Source: Botryllus schlosseri (Eukaryota). Taken from it: DNA of 64,000 nucleotides. The stretch lies in contig CM119371.1 of the NCBI GenBank assembly GCA_051294905.1, forward strand, positions 12,402,001 to 12,466,000, given 5' to 3'. The first letter of the stretch is position 1, and every line of letters begins with the position of its first letter. The position numbers and the translations under genes were made by a program. The notes beneath the pieces are model-generated. The model was not told the DNA's origin and made no database searches. It worked only from the letters and a program-made list of their open reading frames with translations. Of the stretch, positions 24,372 through 38,361 are shown piece after piece.

Positions 24372-25066
24372 CAGGGGTGGTTAACCTTTTTGGCTAAAGG
24401 GCCACATGAAATTGACGAACAGGTGCGCTGCCCGCTAGCCCCGTCAGGCGCGTAAAATTTTCAAAGGTATTATTATTATTACTTGGGTATATCGCGGATC
24501 GACTGTATACCGCCCGCTGTGCTCAGTTTGCATGGACAGAGCTATTCGGCATCTGGACATATCGATATCGAAGATTTCCGCTAATATACGACAATCATTT
24601 TGTGCCTACATTTCATCGTCAACGATCTTTCTGCGAGCGCGAACGCGAAAAGACTTTCTCTCGTAATGGCGAATATAGTTAGACTCAATCGGCTAAATCA
24701 AGCGTTTTTTCGTTTTCAGGATGGGGTAGGCTACAAAGCAAGAACGCGTGTGACAATTAAACACGCGAAGCGTGAAGAAAAATTTTGCTACTCTTTTAGT
24801 TTATTGTAATGTAGGACGATTTACTAAATATGGGACTGGACCATGGATCTGCCAATGGGTCGGAAATGATATTTTAGTCATCAACATCCCAAGTGTCGCG
24901 GCCAGACTAATCATATTTTGGTTGGTCTTGCAAGTTCACAATCTGAGCGATTCAATTGCGTTAATATAACAGGATTTCGATAATATAATGGGAGATTAGC
25001 TCGTGGGCTACTCAAAACCTTCTCGCGGGACACATATAGCCCGAGGCCGCGGGTTGCCCACCCCTG
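24372..25066. mobile_element. hAT MITE nested in copy A (shared with copy B)
   Basis: CAGGGGTGGTTAACC...GGTTGCCCACCCCTG; homologous to 29810-30490. Confidence 0.75.
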
Positions 25067-26597
25067 ATATAGACAGACAGCTTCGATAGTTTTCAGAGCC
25101 GGAGCTGGAGCCGGAGCAGTGGCAGTAATGCGGCTCCGGAGCTGGAGCCGGAGCTAGTGTATCGTAGAAGAATGCTCCGGAGCCGGAGCTGGAGTAATGC
25201 AAATTTGCGGCTGCTCCCAAGCCCTGAGTGTGAGATCTGATATCGGTTCTGCAATTCTCAAATCAGGTTAGTATTTCATTGTACTCAAAATGTCAATACG
25301 TCGGTCTACGTCGGCTATGTCTCTTGCTCCGATCCGGGAAAAAATTCCCGAGATTTAGTAGTTTGAGTGTGGAGAAACTGCCTCTGTCTACTGGGAGATA
25401 GTATACATGGACTGGTGAAAGTTTTCATATTTTGTCACTGAACTGTAAGGTATGAAACTAGTTCCGACGTAGAAATCTACACGAGAGGTCTACTATAGAC
25501 CCAAAAGGTTGTGAACCGCAGATCAAGTCATGCGGTTAGTAATTGGAAAAATAAAAAGCTATGTAAACTGCGTCCTCACAAGATGTCCAAACAAAACGCA
25601 CGCGATTCACCTTTTAATATACAGCAGAGAGAGAGTTGCAGAAAATATGTTAATTTCACCATGAACATCCGATCACACTAATAGCTCCCAAAGTGGGGTC
25701 GACGAGACAGTTTTTTAGGAACGCGTAGCACCTTCCAAAATTATCACGATTCAGAATTTTTTGAATTACCGATTCTTGGAATACATAAATCTTCAGACAA
25801 CTTATTATACGTACCAAATTCGAATGTAGCCCAAAATTATTCGGTAATCAACATTAAGTATAGCTGTTGGTGTATAATATTCAATTTGAAATTTCAGTCG
25901 CGCTTTGCGTGGTTTAGTGTCACTACATAATATGCAGAATTTCAACGAGATAAGTCGAATTGTATTCGTAATTATGGGAGTAGTACAGCGCTTGAGGTTA
26001 TTATAATGCTTCCATGTAGGGCTGTACAACCTACGGGTGCATCATACGCATTTCGGCGCTGATCATTTCCCTGCCGGGACACATCGAGGCATGGAAAGAT
26101 TTGGTCAATGTAAGTCAAAATGATCACCAATGTTGGCCGAACTTTGGATATTGGCATTTCCAGGTACCGTTCTAGTCAGCCCGAATAGCCAAGTTATTGT
26201 CATCTGTGCCCCGCGCGGTACACGCGTGATCTCCTGAGAAAAATAATGGCTCCGGTGTTAAATTGCGAATTAAAAAAGATATTTTGTTTGATCTTGTACG
26301 TGTGAGCAATTCCAATATCTTTCGAGTAGCGGCAATCATTACCTTCACAAAAATAAAATTCATGCGAGACCGATACAATTGACCAAATTTCTTGTCTAGA
26401 ATATATCTGTATCTGCACACTGATTTTTGGAAACACTAGTTGGTACTTAATTAGGCTAGTGGTGGATCGCATAACAGCGTTTCTGAAGCAGATGTATGAA
26501 GGGTAGTGATTAAATTATCCGTAGGGGTAAGAAATTTGAAGGCCAAGATCAGCGTTCTCGAATGTGATTCGTGATATTAGACAGAGTTGTGTTAGAG

Positions 26598-26909
26598 CAG
26601 TGGTTCTCAACCTTTTTAGACACGCACCACTTCATGATAGTAAAAAATCTCGCGCGCCCCTTATCGTCACATCACAAAATCCAACCCGTATGCTAGCAAC
26701 CCCAACGGATTGTTTGATGGCATGGAAAGTAATGACTGCTGATAAGAGAATTAAAAAATACGAAATTAGGTATTTATATGGAGAAACACGGATGAGTAGG
26801 AGGTAAATCGCGCATAGCGCATTTTTTCAGTTGACCGCTTCTTCCCGCCTCCCTTCAGATGCGCTCATGCCCCCCAAGGGGGGCGCCCCCCCCAGGTTGG
26901 GAACCACCG
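26598..26909. mobile_element. hAT MITE
   Basis: CAGTGGTTCTCAACC...GGTTGGGAACCACCG; TSD TGTTAGAG/CGTTAGAG. Confidence 0.8.
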
Positions 26910-27872
26910 CGTTAGAGGGAACACAATCAAACATACCTAAGCTGGTCACAAAAATCAACTACATTCGTTACATTGACATGTGAATCCAACGTGTTTTTTG
27001 ATTCATTTGAGCAAATTGTCAAGGTGTCGTTTGAGAAATTTTCATGAATAGTTTATTAAATACTGGACTATACGATCCGCCGAAATCACGTGTCGATTTT
27101 TCAAGAGGATTTGTTCTCTTTTTTGACTTGATTAAAAGTGTCATCATAGGACGCCGAAGTGTCGTCATTTTTGAGAATTTCCGATAAGATATAGGAAATC
27201 GGCGGTCAAGTAACGTTCGGACGATTTTTTCGGTCTTGAGCCAGGAAACGTTGTCAACCAACGAAAATTCCCACAAAAATCGCTAATTCGCGATTTGAGT
27301 CGGGACGACGGGAAAAATTTACCATTATTCAGTATTTTAGTCCAGTATTCCAAGTCTGAAAATTTTGAAAAGTCTCCTCTTTTCAGATTCCTAAATTATG
27401 GTAACCTGAGTGCAAACTTAATGGGAAAACCGATACATTAGTGACCTCTGGCGCGCGAATGCCATTTATTTTGAACCAAGCTTTAGAACTGTTTCATTTC
27501 GCCTAAGATGTTTCGAACATTCAGTTTATAATATACGGTAACCCAAGCTAACGCTATCTTACAACCCAATTACGCGCGAGCTCAGGGTAGTGTTGGGATG
27601 ACTCGAGTGATGACTTGACTCGAGTCACCTTTTTCGCGTGACTTGACTTGACTCGAGTCACTTTGCTCAAATGACTCGACTTGACATGACTCGGCGTATC
27701 AGAAATGTGGATTGCCTCGTGACTCGGAGCAAAATTCACGAACTGGTTGGCGCGCCCCCCGTGGGGGCGTGAAAGCATCTGAAGGGGGCGCGAAGCTGAG
27801 GTCAACAGAACATTTTTTTCGCGCGCTGCGCGATTTACATCGAAGTTACTGCTCTGTATTTAGTATGAAGTA

Positions 27873-28839
27873 GGGGAGATGTGGTACCGATGGATGAAAA
27901 ATCGGAAAATGATCGCTGGCCCTGAAATGTTCAGCCGAAAACAGCAGATTTTTTGCTGGCTCAGCACTTTGATACAAGCTCTACCTATCGCGCACATATA
28001 CATGAATATCCGTCTTTTCAAAAAATATTTATGGGCGTTCAAAATTTGTTGCTCGAACGTGTCAGCGGTGCCCACCCGGTGGGTCCAATGACACACGACC
28101 CGGATACCTATGACACATATACCCTAAAACACTCAAATGTGACTACTTTTCTTGCTCAGTATTATAATCTAAGCTACAGCAAGCCCAAGAAGAGTGTTTG
28201 GTCGCAACTGTCAAAAAATAGAATAATTATTAACTCAAATGTTGTAATAAAATCACGTTTCGATTTAGGCTCGGGCTTATAAATTTGAGGGTACATACAT
28301 ATTTTCCGAAAATCGACAGTGTGACTTCCAAATACCTCGTCATAGCGACAAAACATCATATGCAATTATTACATAAAGATTTTCTGTACGTAGACATGTT
28401 TCATTTGTTTCATGATTAGTATGCTTGATTAGTTTGCTTGATTTTGATATTGTATCATCGGACCCACCCTACGAATTTTATACATGAATCGAAAAAAAGC
28501 CCACTCAAGGAAAGTACTGAAAAAAATAATATGTGCCATTATATAGCCTGATACAAGCCCTACACTTCACAATAAAAATGATTGCTGGTTTGTTCGTGTT
28601 GAAGGTTACAAAGAAAAATGTATATGTCGATCTAAATTTAGTTTACACCCCCTAAAACAAAAATCATCTGTGAGAGACCCCATTGCTCGCGCACGTCGAT
28701 TTTTTTTTGTATGTGAGGAAAGATGTTGCCAGCATGCAATTGTAGACAAGTTCACGGAGTGTAATCATGGAATTATCATAGAGAATTTTCAAAGTATTTT
28801 CGGTCCCAGTGATCCATCGGTAGCCTACCACATCTCCCC
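27873..28839. mobile_element. TA-flanked TIR element (Tc1/mariner/pogo-type, tentative)
   Basis: GGGGAGATGTGGTA(CCGATGGAT)...(ATCCATCGG)TAGCCTACCACATCTCCCC flanked by TA on both sides. Confidence 0.6.
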
Positions 28840-29656
28840 TACATATTTAAAAATATCTCATTCACAGTCGTAACCTTCCATGACATCAGACTACCCGTTA
28901 GGTTTGTTAACATCCTGGTTGAGTTTTGTGATATGACGATAAGAGGGCGCGAAGTCTTTCACCATCACAGCGGGTGGAAGTGTGTGGGGGGGGGGGGGCG
29001 CGTGTCTTAAAAAGTTTGAGAACCACTGATCTAAGGTAAATACTTGATATTACAGCGGGATAGCTGCAACGAGATTGACATAATTTGGATCAAGGAGTGG
29101 GATTTCAGATTGGTCACTCCATTTTTCATTATTTCAGTGTTGTGCTTATAAAAAACGATTCGGGCCGGTCTTAGGTAGATTCGTTGTATGTATGCGTAGA
29201 ATTGGGGTAATTATATTTTATCTACACATAGTAGAAGCGTGTTTGAAGCTAACATGGTTATGATGCTATCACCATTGTGTGTCCTGGAACTGAAAAAAAG
29301 TTGAATGCAGATTGATCTCACAAATTTAAATTTAAACCTGTTCTAAGAATCGGGCCAACCGACTTTCATCTCTATAGTTTTAACAAATTCGTTATTGAGG
29401 TCCGCTAGCCTATATGAAATCTCGCCACTATATGTTTCTGAAGCATGTATGATATCATCAAAGCAATGTTGGCTTGTTTTAAATAAGAACATATGTTATC
29501 TCCATGTCCTCACTACACAATATTGTGTTTTGGTTTATATTTAACTCTGTAATAGGCCAGCACATTCTTGACGTTCAGAGTTTTCCAAGTCAACAATACT
29601 TTCAAATGAAGGAGCATCTTACATACAGAATTACTTTAAATTACCGTAGGTCCTAC

Positions 29657-30929
29657 CAGGGCTTTGGAGCAGCCGTAAATTTAAACTGCTCCGGCTCCGG
29701 AGCTCTCTTTTATCATACATTAGCTCCGGCTCCAGCTCCGGAGCTGCATTATTACCACTGCTCCGGCTCCAGCTCCGGCTCTGAAATTATCGAATGGGCC
29801 TGTCTATATCAGGGGTGCCCAACCCGCGGGTCAAATGTGGCCCACGAGAGGGTTTTGCGTGACCCGCGAGATAATTTTCTATTATCTTATCGAAAATGAA
29901 TTGCATAGATTGTGAACTTGCAGTGCCAACCAAAAATTACAATTCTGGCTGCGACCCTTGAGATGTTGATGACTAAAATATCAGTTCCGACGCATTGGCA
30001 GAACCAGGGTCCAGTCACATTTTCAGTAAATCGTCGTACATTACAATAAACTAAAATAGTAGCGAAATTTTTCTTCACGCTTCGCATGTTTAATTGTCAC
30101 ACGCTTTCTTGCTTGGTAGCCTACCCCCTACTGAAAATGAAAAAAACGCCCCATTAACCCGATTCAGTCCAACTGTATTCGCAATTACGGGAGAAAGTCT
30201 TTTCGCGTTTGTGCTCGCATAAAGATCGTCGACGGTGAAATGTAGGCGCAACATGATTGTCGCATATTATCGGATACCTTCGATATCGATGTGACCAGAC
30301 GCCGAATAGTCGTGTCCTTGCAAACTGAGCCTAGCGGGCGGTGTACAATAGACCCGCAATACTCAAGTAATATTATTATTGACCTAGTTCATAAACTTAC
30401 AAAATTTTACCCGCTTGGGGCAGCTAGTGGACCGCGCACTCGTTCGTCAACTGCATGTGCCCCTTTAGCCGAAAAGGTTGGCCATTGTTGGTCTATATAG
30501 ATTACTAATCTACCCATAGGTTAGTTATCTATAGTAATCTAGAGTCTGTCAGCCGTCAGTAACATCCGATGTAGCAACGAAGACATATAGGTGCCGCCGT
30601 GCCGGTTTGTGACGTCATACTGAATACTTCTCAATTGTCGACAACATCATTGTTGCACTACAACGCTCTTTACTCTATGCCATTGCTGTACACAGCATTA
30701 AAATTCAGGCCTGCTGTTCAATTGTGATAAATCAGTAGATGTGGTTGTTGCATATATAATAGCATCTTATGAAATATAGGTCGGAGCCGGAGCTACTCCT
30801 GAAATAACGGGCTCCAGCTCCGGTTCCGGCTCCGGCTGAATTTTATGTGGAGTTGCGGCTCCAGCTCCGGTGAAAATGCACGGCTCCGGGGCTCCGACTC
30901 CGGGCTCCGGCTCCGGTTCCAAAGCCCTG
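29657..30929 (-). mobile_element. Composite hAT-type element with GGCTCC repeats, copy B
   Basis: CAGGGCTTTGGAGC...TTCCAAAGCCCTG; inverted homologue of 21512-25226 lacking some of its internal sequence; no TSD found. Confidence 0.7.
29810..30490. mobile_element. hAT MITE nested in copy B
   Basis: CAGGGGTGCCCAACC...GGTTGGCCATTGTTG; exact TSD GTCTATAT (29802-29809, 30491-30498). Confidence 0.8.
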
Positions 30930-31577
30930 GCTTCAACGTATCGAAGAATGAATGCCGATCGGTGGACATCGATCCTTTGCGCTTGAACATTTCCTACGCA
31001 TTGTCGGTAGCAAGTGCAGACTTAATATTTCGTTATGCTACAATTTATTGCTAGCTATTCACAATCTCAACTGAATGATTGCGATTAAATATGCAAAAAT
31101 CTAAAGTGGATATCATAGTAACTATAGATACTATAGTCCTGTATTGTATAATAAACAAGTGATCCTAGAATTTCACGCAGTTACATTAAACATGCGAGCA
31201 TATATATATTGAGTATTTTCCGAGTATTTCATTGCCGGGAGGGGGGGGTAATTTTTCATGCTATATTGAATATAAAGTCACTCATGTGTCAGAAGCTGTT
31301 TTGAATTGGTATCATAAGTATTGTGACCTGTGTGAATGGCGGTAATTTTGCACGCATAGTGAATCGACTATAGAGAATAGATATTACAAAAGCACTCGGT
31401 TTTGTATCGGGTATAAATTTGGTCTCCAACATCGTTTTCAATTCGGATTTAAATCTTGCTGTTTCATTGCACAGAGTCGATACTGGATGTCCTGTGACTC
31501 TTGCTTCATCATAAAGACCGAACGAAAACGTATTCTGTGGTTAATTCGAGTCTGTTAATATTCAGTTACCATATACC

Positions 31578-31771
31578 CAATGTTCCCTCTAAGCTGCGCA
31601 CGTGCGCAAGTGCGCAGGGAATAAACGGTCTCTGCGCACAGAAAATCTAAGTTGCGCACAAAAAATCCGAAGTGATGACCTTTTTTTTAGTCGTTACGCA
31701 CTGTTGTCCAAGGGTCTGCGCAGTGAGTTGGTGAGTGTGCGCAGACTGTTCAAAAATTAAAGGGAACATTG
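31578..31771. mobile_element. hAT MITE with TGCGCA repeats
   Basis: CAATGTTCCCTCTAA...TTAAAGGGAACATTG; exact TSD CATATACC. Confidence 0.9.
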
Positions 31772-34254
31772 CATATACCCCGTGTCTATGCCAAATGATC
31801 TTGCTTACCATTGGCGACTATACCCAGAGGTGGTCGGCAACGAAGTACTCAAGTAGTTTCTCATGTAGATCTAATTTTTTGCTACTTCTACTTCTTCATA
31901 TTTTTGGATTTACTTACTTACTTTACGCAATTGACAGTTTGTGAAGCAGAAGTATCGAGAGGGAGAGAGAGAGTGGGGCCTGGATCGAGCGTGGCGGCTA
32001 CATGATGCAAATTCATGAGCATTGACAACAGAAAAATACCAAGTAATAGCGGTAAATTTTAAAATTAGGTCCCGCTATCACAGATTGCAAAATATGCTAA
32101 TTACTACTTTGGCGTTGAGATATCATCTACTTTTTAATCGCCTAATATCATGTAATTCCTAATTGCTGGATTGATTAATCCACAGTTTGGTCGTAAATCC
32201 ATATCCAATCACTGGAATTCTGATTTTTTCATCCACCCTGGACCGCTCGGATAGTAAGAAGTCTGCGGATCGATGAATGCTGCACGGACCCTAATTTAAG
32301 AATGATGCTTCACACACATGTTTTGTCGCTTCATAGAAACTCCTGCAAGTTCTTGTTAACATTTTTGTCAAAATATTTCATAAAAATATATATTTTTAAA
32401 AATGCCTTATTTTTGACATTTTACTATTTTGATTTTTACAGTTTTGGCACTTGGTTCCCGAAACGCCGAAAATCACTGCGTATACCACATTTATATAAGA
32501 CTACTAACATGTTAGTCTGTTGGGAGGAGTATATGCAAAATATATGTGCACACTGCACACTCACATCCACATGGATTTCGGAATTAATAATAGGTTAATA
32601 ACTCAGATCACGTAGGTCCGCTTGGTGAAGTTAGTAAGAATGATTGGGAATAATACAGGGAATAGTGTCAAAACAATGATTTATTCAACCTCGCATTCTT
32701 CAACGTAGATATTCTTCACTTGAACAGGAGAAAGTTAATCCAATACCGCCTTGATGGAGTTAGTAGCAACATCCAATATTTTGATCTAAGTCAAGAGAAG
32801 GAACCGGCTGGTAAAATGCGAGTTGACAGTAAGGCTGAATGTAATGTGACAGCTCAATATTGCAATATCATCAGCCAGTCCCATTCATTTTTATGTGGTT
32901 TCATAATGGCGAAAGTATTTGAAGTTGTATTCACGGTCGTTTCGGATTCTTACATCGTCTGTTACGCTGGTTTTCTGTTTCAGATACCAAACTACCTCAT
33001 ATAGATGGGTCCAGGTGGAGACCAGCCATAATTTCTAGTCAAAAGCGTTAGTTATAGCATGAAGATATAGATTATCGGTTTGAAATGGTTGTTCTGACGA
33101 TGAGAACCGCCGACCGCAAAATGTGGCATAACTAATGTTGCAAATCGATGATGTTAGGTGGAGAAATGAATATTCAATTTCAGTTATTTATGAGCATCGG
33201 TGTAAAATATCAATTATCATCGACTCATGGAGGGTTTTCACAATTTTCACTTACTAACCCTGACGACAGGTGAGGCACTGCCTCACCTGCCTTATTGGAC
33301 CGCACGTCACTGCTTCGTTTCATGATGTTATTTGGTGACCCCCTGTCTGCTATATCAAAAATATAGAATCACCCAAACGTACCAAACACACGGTTTCAAA
33401 TTGGTATTTATTCACTGGCATCTAATTTTTCCCTGGATGTGGGATGGTATTTGTCTTGTGCGGTTTAGATTGTCAAGACAGGAACATTCGGCTCCAGTCA
33501 TTTAGGTGCCTATGGACAATTACACCTATAAGTATTTTGTATATATAACGAAGTTGTCGGTCAGCATGAAGGCAGTCCTTCACGGCAAATGTTATCTCGC
33601 TACCGGTCGTTCTGGCACACTTTTTGTCGCATGTTGCATGGCCCAAAACTTAATGTCTTGGCGCGGTAATGGCCGACGCTAATATGCCCATTTCTATAAA
33701 TCTTGTATACTTTTCTTGGGAAAGAGTACTCAATAATTGAGATATTTGGCAACTTGAAATCTCGCACAGCGCGAAAATATTTTGAAAAATGTGCCTAAAT
33801 TTGAAGAAAATACTTTAAAATTTATGCTGATTCACTAAATAATTTTGGGCTCCCTTCGAGCTCGGGCCCCCCAATTGGGGGTTTGGACTGCGGCAGTTAC
33901 GACCCTGTATATGAGAACTTCTCATGATCATGGTGTAGGCTCTTCACTCGCTGTGGCTACCAATTGACATGGGCCAAATCGTAAACTACTGCGGTTCCCA
34001 CTTATTCGGGACATCGGATAAACGACATATTCCCTGTATTCGACCAAAATGCTCGAGAAGAGAAGGCAACAAAAGCGAAAAAGGGCAGTTAAAAGCTTTC
34101 GATGAATCGGACAGTTAACCGCCTAATTAGGGGACAGGTTCGCCATTCCCGTGACGCAAAAACATCATTTCATTCATATGAACGAAAGATAAGTGACTAT
34201 GGTGAAACAATACTGACGATAAAAAATTAACAATCGGCAATGCACTCATATAGG

Positions 34255-35572
34255 CAGGGTTGCCATCGACACAGACCCAAAAATAAGGACAGTCGAAAAA
34301 CGATATTAGCATAAATAAGCGTTTTTGAACATACTTTGCCGTGGTATATCACATTCCATACTTTTCGCCAGAAACAATCGGCTGCTGCAATTCCTTGTTA
34401 TTAGAAAGTGCTCACGACAGTTCAGGTGGAGGTTTACCTTCACTCAGGGCCGGAACAGCTCTTCGTCAGCCCGACACGTTTGTGCTATTAACTTGTAGAA
34501 AAACTAATCATCGACTGACTCTAATTAATCATTATGACACAGTTCTTGTGTTTTGGGGTATCAATGTGAGTTTAAATAGCGGTCTTCCTATGGCCTCCAG
34601 GTTAATGTCACAATTGCAGATATTGCAAAGTGCGAAACACTTGCCCTCAAAACTTCGTTAGAGATACCTTTGAATCATCTCTAATAATATTCACCAAAAA
34701 CGTTTTTACGCCTGCTCATTTTAACTACATCAAATTTAGCCTTATTAGTAGCTAAAACTATGTGCGCAAGAGCAATATAATTTAGAACAATTTATCAATG
34801 ACTAATATCTTTACTACTCTTTAACCAATGTGTCGACTGCAGTGCGCCGTGGCGAGATATCGCAGTGGTATAATCCGCGGCTGCAACACCAATGGGTGCG
34901 GGTTCGAGTCCGACCGAGGTCGACTTCCGAATTCCGATACCTAAGTGTTGGAGGTTTACCTAGCTCCTCCTCGCCACCTCATCCGCGTCAGCGTTGTCTT
35001 ACAAAAGCCTAGAGGTGGGCCGTGCTATAAGTCGGCAGTTACGGAAAATAAGAAGAATATCGGCCTGGTGTAAATGACCATAGTAGTCGACAAACACCAT
35101 GAATACCCCAAAACAAACATACAAACTGCACTGCGCCTTTTTTCACTACGCAATAGATGCTGCCTTCCCCACAGCTTGAGCTTATTCTGCTGCAGAACAA
35201 ACAGCAGGAACTTGGTTCTGCTGTTTACTGCTAAAATGACGTCCGCCGTGGTAGCTTGCTACAGACGAAACCACTCACGGCCCGAGCTATCTCACCACTT
35301 AGAAGTCAAATCTTATGGTGTGTACGTCACGATAGTTCCTTTACTTTATGATGTCATAAAATCTCGACGCAAAAGCATAATTTATGAATATCATGCAACA
35401 CAGATACCAGAGGAAAACGGTCGAAGTTATGTAGTTGTTGAAAATAAGACAAAATAAGGACGCAAGTCAAAAATAAGGACATTTCTTAGAAATAAGGACA
35501 TTTGAGTTTTCTAAGACGTGGCCCTTCAAAATAAGGACAAATCTTAGAAATAAGGACGGTATGGCAACCCTG
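34255..35572. mobile_element. hAT non-autonomous element with AAATAAGGAC subterminal repeats
   Basis: CAGGGTTGCCAT...ATGGCAACCCTG; exact TSD CATATAGG; contains a SINE. Confidence 0.88.
34849..35124 (+). mobile_element. tRNA-derived SINE
   Basis: A-box-like TATCGCAGTGG, B-box GGTTCGAGTCC, AAAC-repeat tail, 13-bp TSD ACTGCA(G/C)TGCGCC; second copy at 37366. Confidence 0.85.
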
Positions 35573-35789
35573 CATATAGGACCTTGCTAACTTCATATAG
35601 TTTATTTCATTTCGGCAGAATCATACGTCCTGTTTGTAGAGCAGAATGGTGAAGGAAATACTGTTTCAGCCTTCGCTAACATGCTCAATCCTGTATTTGA
35701 AGAAATACTGTGGTTTGTCCGTTTTATGACATCAGTGCCAATTACTGCAGTATTTTGCACGCATCAGTACAGAATTTTTCTTCCATTGT

Positions 35790-35900
35790 TTGCCTTAACG
35801 CATTACCAGATATTAAATTTTCTGCCTAATTCTAACAATGCTATGTTGACGTCAAATGTAAATGAAACCAAAGTGTATGAATTGAGTGGAGTCGACTGTA
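35790..35900 (-). pseudogene. Possible trypsin-like serine protease remnant
   Basis: TFDVNIALLELGRKFNIW*CVK resembles the S1 protease DIALLxL segment (catalytic D read as N; stop follows). Single short motif only. Confidence 0.3.
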
Positions 35901-36584
35901 CATAACGGCATAACAAAAGTGGCCTTTGAGTAACGTCCGATGACTTACATGAAAGTGATTTTGTTGACTGAACTCGTTTCATGGCCGAGAGCTCGCAATG
36001 TTTGTCAGTAGTAGTCAACTGTTGTATTGAGCATATGAGCGGTCGATTTATAAGTGAAGGCATAGCTAGATTGAGGTTCATAGAGAGCTCATCTATATTA
36101 CTCGATAATTTCCCATAAAAAAGTATAATTCTTATAACATTACCTAGAATCGAAATAATTCGTTTTTGACATGGGTCACAAAACATGGAGACCCATTTTC
36201 GACTACAGACTGTGTATGCAGCGATCAATTACACAGCTATGGTAATATTGTCTTCGTGTCATGACGTCGCGCGACTCTAAAACAAGTATCGTTAGTGAAT
36301 TAGTCGCCTTATAATTTCGACTATGCCAGCTGGCAGCATATTATTATATAGAATTGTAATGAGGAGAAAAATGTATACTATAAGTTGATATTATCGCGCT
36401 GTAGATTGAATTGAAAATTGTTACGTGGCTTGGCTAAATGCATTTCTACTAATATGTTCTATCAATCTATCTTCTTCCATTTGATTTTTTACTGTTATGG
36501 CCTCCCATTCACCCATTAATTGTACTCGATCGATTGCAATACTTCATTCGTATTGCTAATCAAACATTGATGAAGGCTCTAGTT

Positions 36585-36970
36585 CAGTGGTTCCCGACGT
36601 TGGTTGTATCGCCCCCCAGAAGGCGATTTGGCGGCCTAGGGGGGCGAAAATGATGATAGGGGAGCGAAAATGGACAAAGGGGGCGATAGGGGGCAAAAAT
36701 AGCGAAGGGGCGATGGGGGGCGATGACGCGTTAAAACGGCTATGTTGGAGTCAAGTTGGAGAAATGACCCTTTTTTGTCAGTCAACCCACGGAAATTTAG
36801 TTGGAAAAGTGCAAAATTCGACAGCGAGCCCAAAAGTTGACTTTTTTTTAGTCAACCCGCCGTTGATTACAGATTGTATACCGATTTTTCGGTTCACAAA
36901 ATCTGGGGGGCGATGATCGGCATTGAGCTTGAAAAGGGGGCGACGAGTCGAAAAAGGTTGGGAACCATTG
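36585..36970. mobile_element. hAT MITE with GGGGCGA repeats
   Basis: CAGTGGTTCCCGAC...GTTGGGAACCATTG; flanks CTCTAGTT/CCTAGTT. Confidence 0.75.
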
Positions 36971-37365
36971 CCTAGTTCAGATTGATATCAGTGTTAAGAG
37001 CAAGCCACCCTCTTCGAGTCACAAACATCTCGAGTCATTCTACAATTTTACTCGAGTCAAGTCGAGTCACTCGATTTTAGAAGGTAACTCGAGTCACTCG
37101 AGTCACTAAGTCACGATTCACGTCAAGTTGAATTTTCGAAGTACGAGGCATGATTCAAAGTCATTGTATAGTTACAGGCAAGCGGTTTTCAGGTATTAAA
37201 TTGCGGTCCACGCCATTTCGATTGGGTAAATGAGTCAAATACACGAATTAGGATGTATCTCTGGGATGTAGTGGGTTCTGTTTTCGTGTGCTATCCCATG
37301 ACGTCTAAAAATGTGGTGCACAATGGAACAGATTCCACTACACATATGAGATGTATATTTACTGC

Positions 37366-37645
37366 GTGGCGAGATAGCGAGCGTATTGGTTTCATCCACA
37401 GCTACAACACCAATGGGCTGCGGGTTCGAGTGCAATCTGGGTCGACTCCTGAATTCCTACCTAAGTGTTGGAGGTTTATCTAAGCGCCCCCTATCCATCT
37501 CATCCGTGTAAGCGGTGTCTTATAAAAAGCCTAGAAGTGGGCCGTGCTGCAAATCGGCAGCTACGGGATAAAAATGAATAAAATTGGGTTGGTTTAAATG
37601 ACCATATTATTCGACAAAACACCATGAATTCCTCAAAAATCCAAA
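37366..37645 (+). mobile_element. tRNA-derived SINE (diverged copy)
   Basis: Colinear with 34849-35124 (GTGGCGAGAT, GGTTCGAGT, CCTAAGTGTTGGAGGTTTA, AAACACCATGAAT). Confidence 0.8.
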
Positions 37646-38361
37646 AATGCATTTTCATGAGTCTTGGTGTATTTGACTCATGTTCATCCAATGGAATGAT
37701 GTGAAAGCAAAATGTGGTACCTGAAAGTGCAGTATACTTGATTTATATACCTTGTTTCATCGTTGGAGCATACCACTACGGTACTCGGTACCTTTAAGTG
37801 TCCTTAATAACAGGGTTAAGCGACCAGAGATGTAACTAACAGATGGCCAATGGTTGCCATAACTACTTGCTTAGTTAGCGAAATGCCAATCAGCCACCTT
37901 CTGATCTATTACTATTCCCATGATACGCGATTAGTTTGTTGCGTCCGTGGTTCTAACCAATTCACGGCATTCGGAGTCACTCCGGGTCCACTCGGGTCTT
38001 CTTCATTTTGCCACCGAGTTAGCCCGAGTCTGAGTAATTCTAAAAAAGGTCGCATCCAAGTCCAACTCACAAATTTCAGTCACGCATCGTCTAAGGGTCA
38101 GGTGTTGTCATCATGAATTGGAAATGTGGCGAAATAGTGAATCCTTCACTGCATATGGTAGCGTTTGCAATTGATGCGATAGTGAAGTTTGTTGAATAGT
38201 TTCAGGTTTTCGGAGCAATTTAAGAGGGAATTTTAAATTTATAACCTGAAAAAAAAAGTATGTGACACTTATATATTGTCAAATTACCAAAAATCTGAAA
38301 TGGTGTAGACCTACCCTCTGCAGAGTAGCCTCATATTCCGGCCACCCTATATGGTTGAAAT

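Larger units (their letters stand above)
21512..25226 (+). mobile_element. Composite hAT-type element with GGAGCC repeats, copy A
   Basis: Ends CAGGGCTTTGGAGC...GCTCCCAAGCCCTG; homologous in inverted orientation to 29657-30929; no TSD found. Confidence 0.7.

Noticed and set aside
21504..30937. Macro-transposon or inversion bounded by copies A and B
   Set aside because: Outer flanks GTGACAAC/GCTTCAAC match only 5/8, and cross-wise flank comparisons do not match.
32690..33030. Coding-looking stretch (also 39880-40280 and 41750-41980)
   Set aside because: Stops or short frames, no recognisable domain and no consistent splice pattern.
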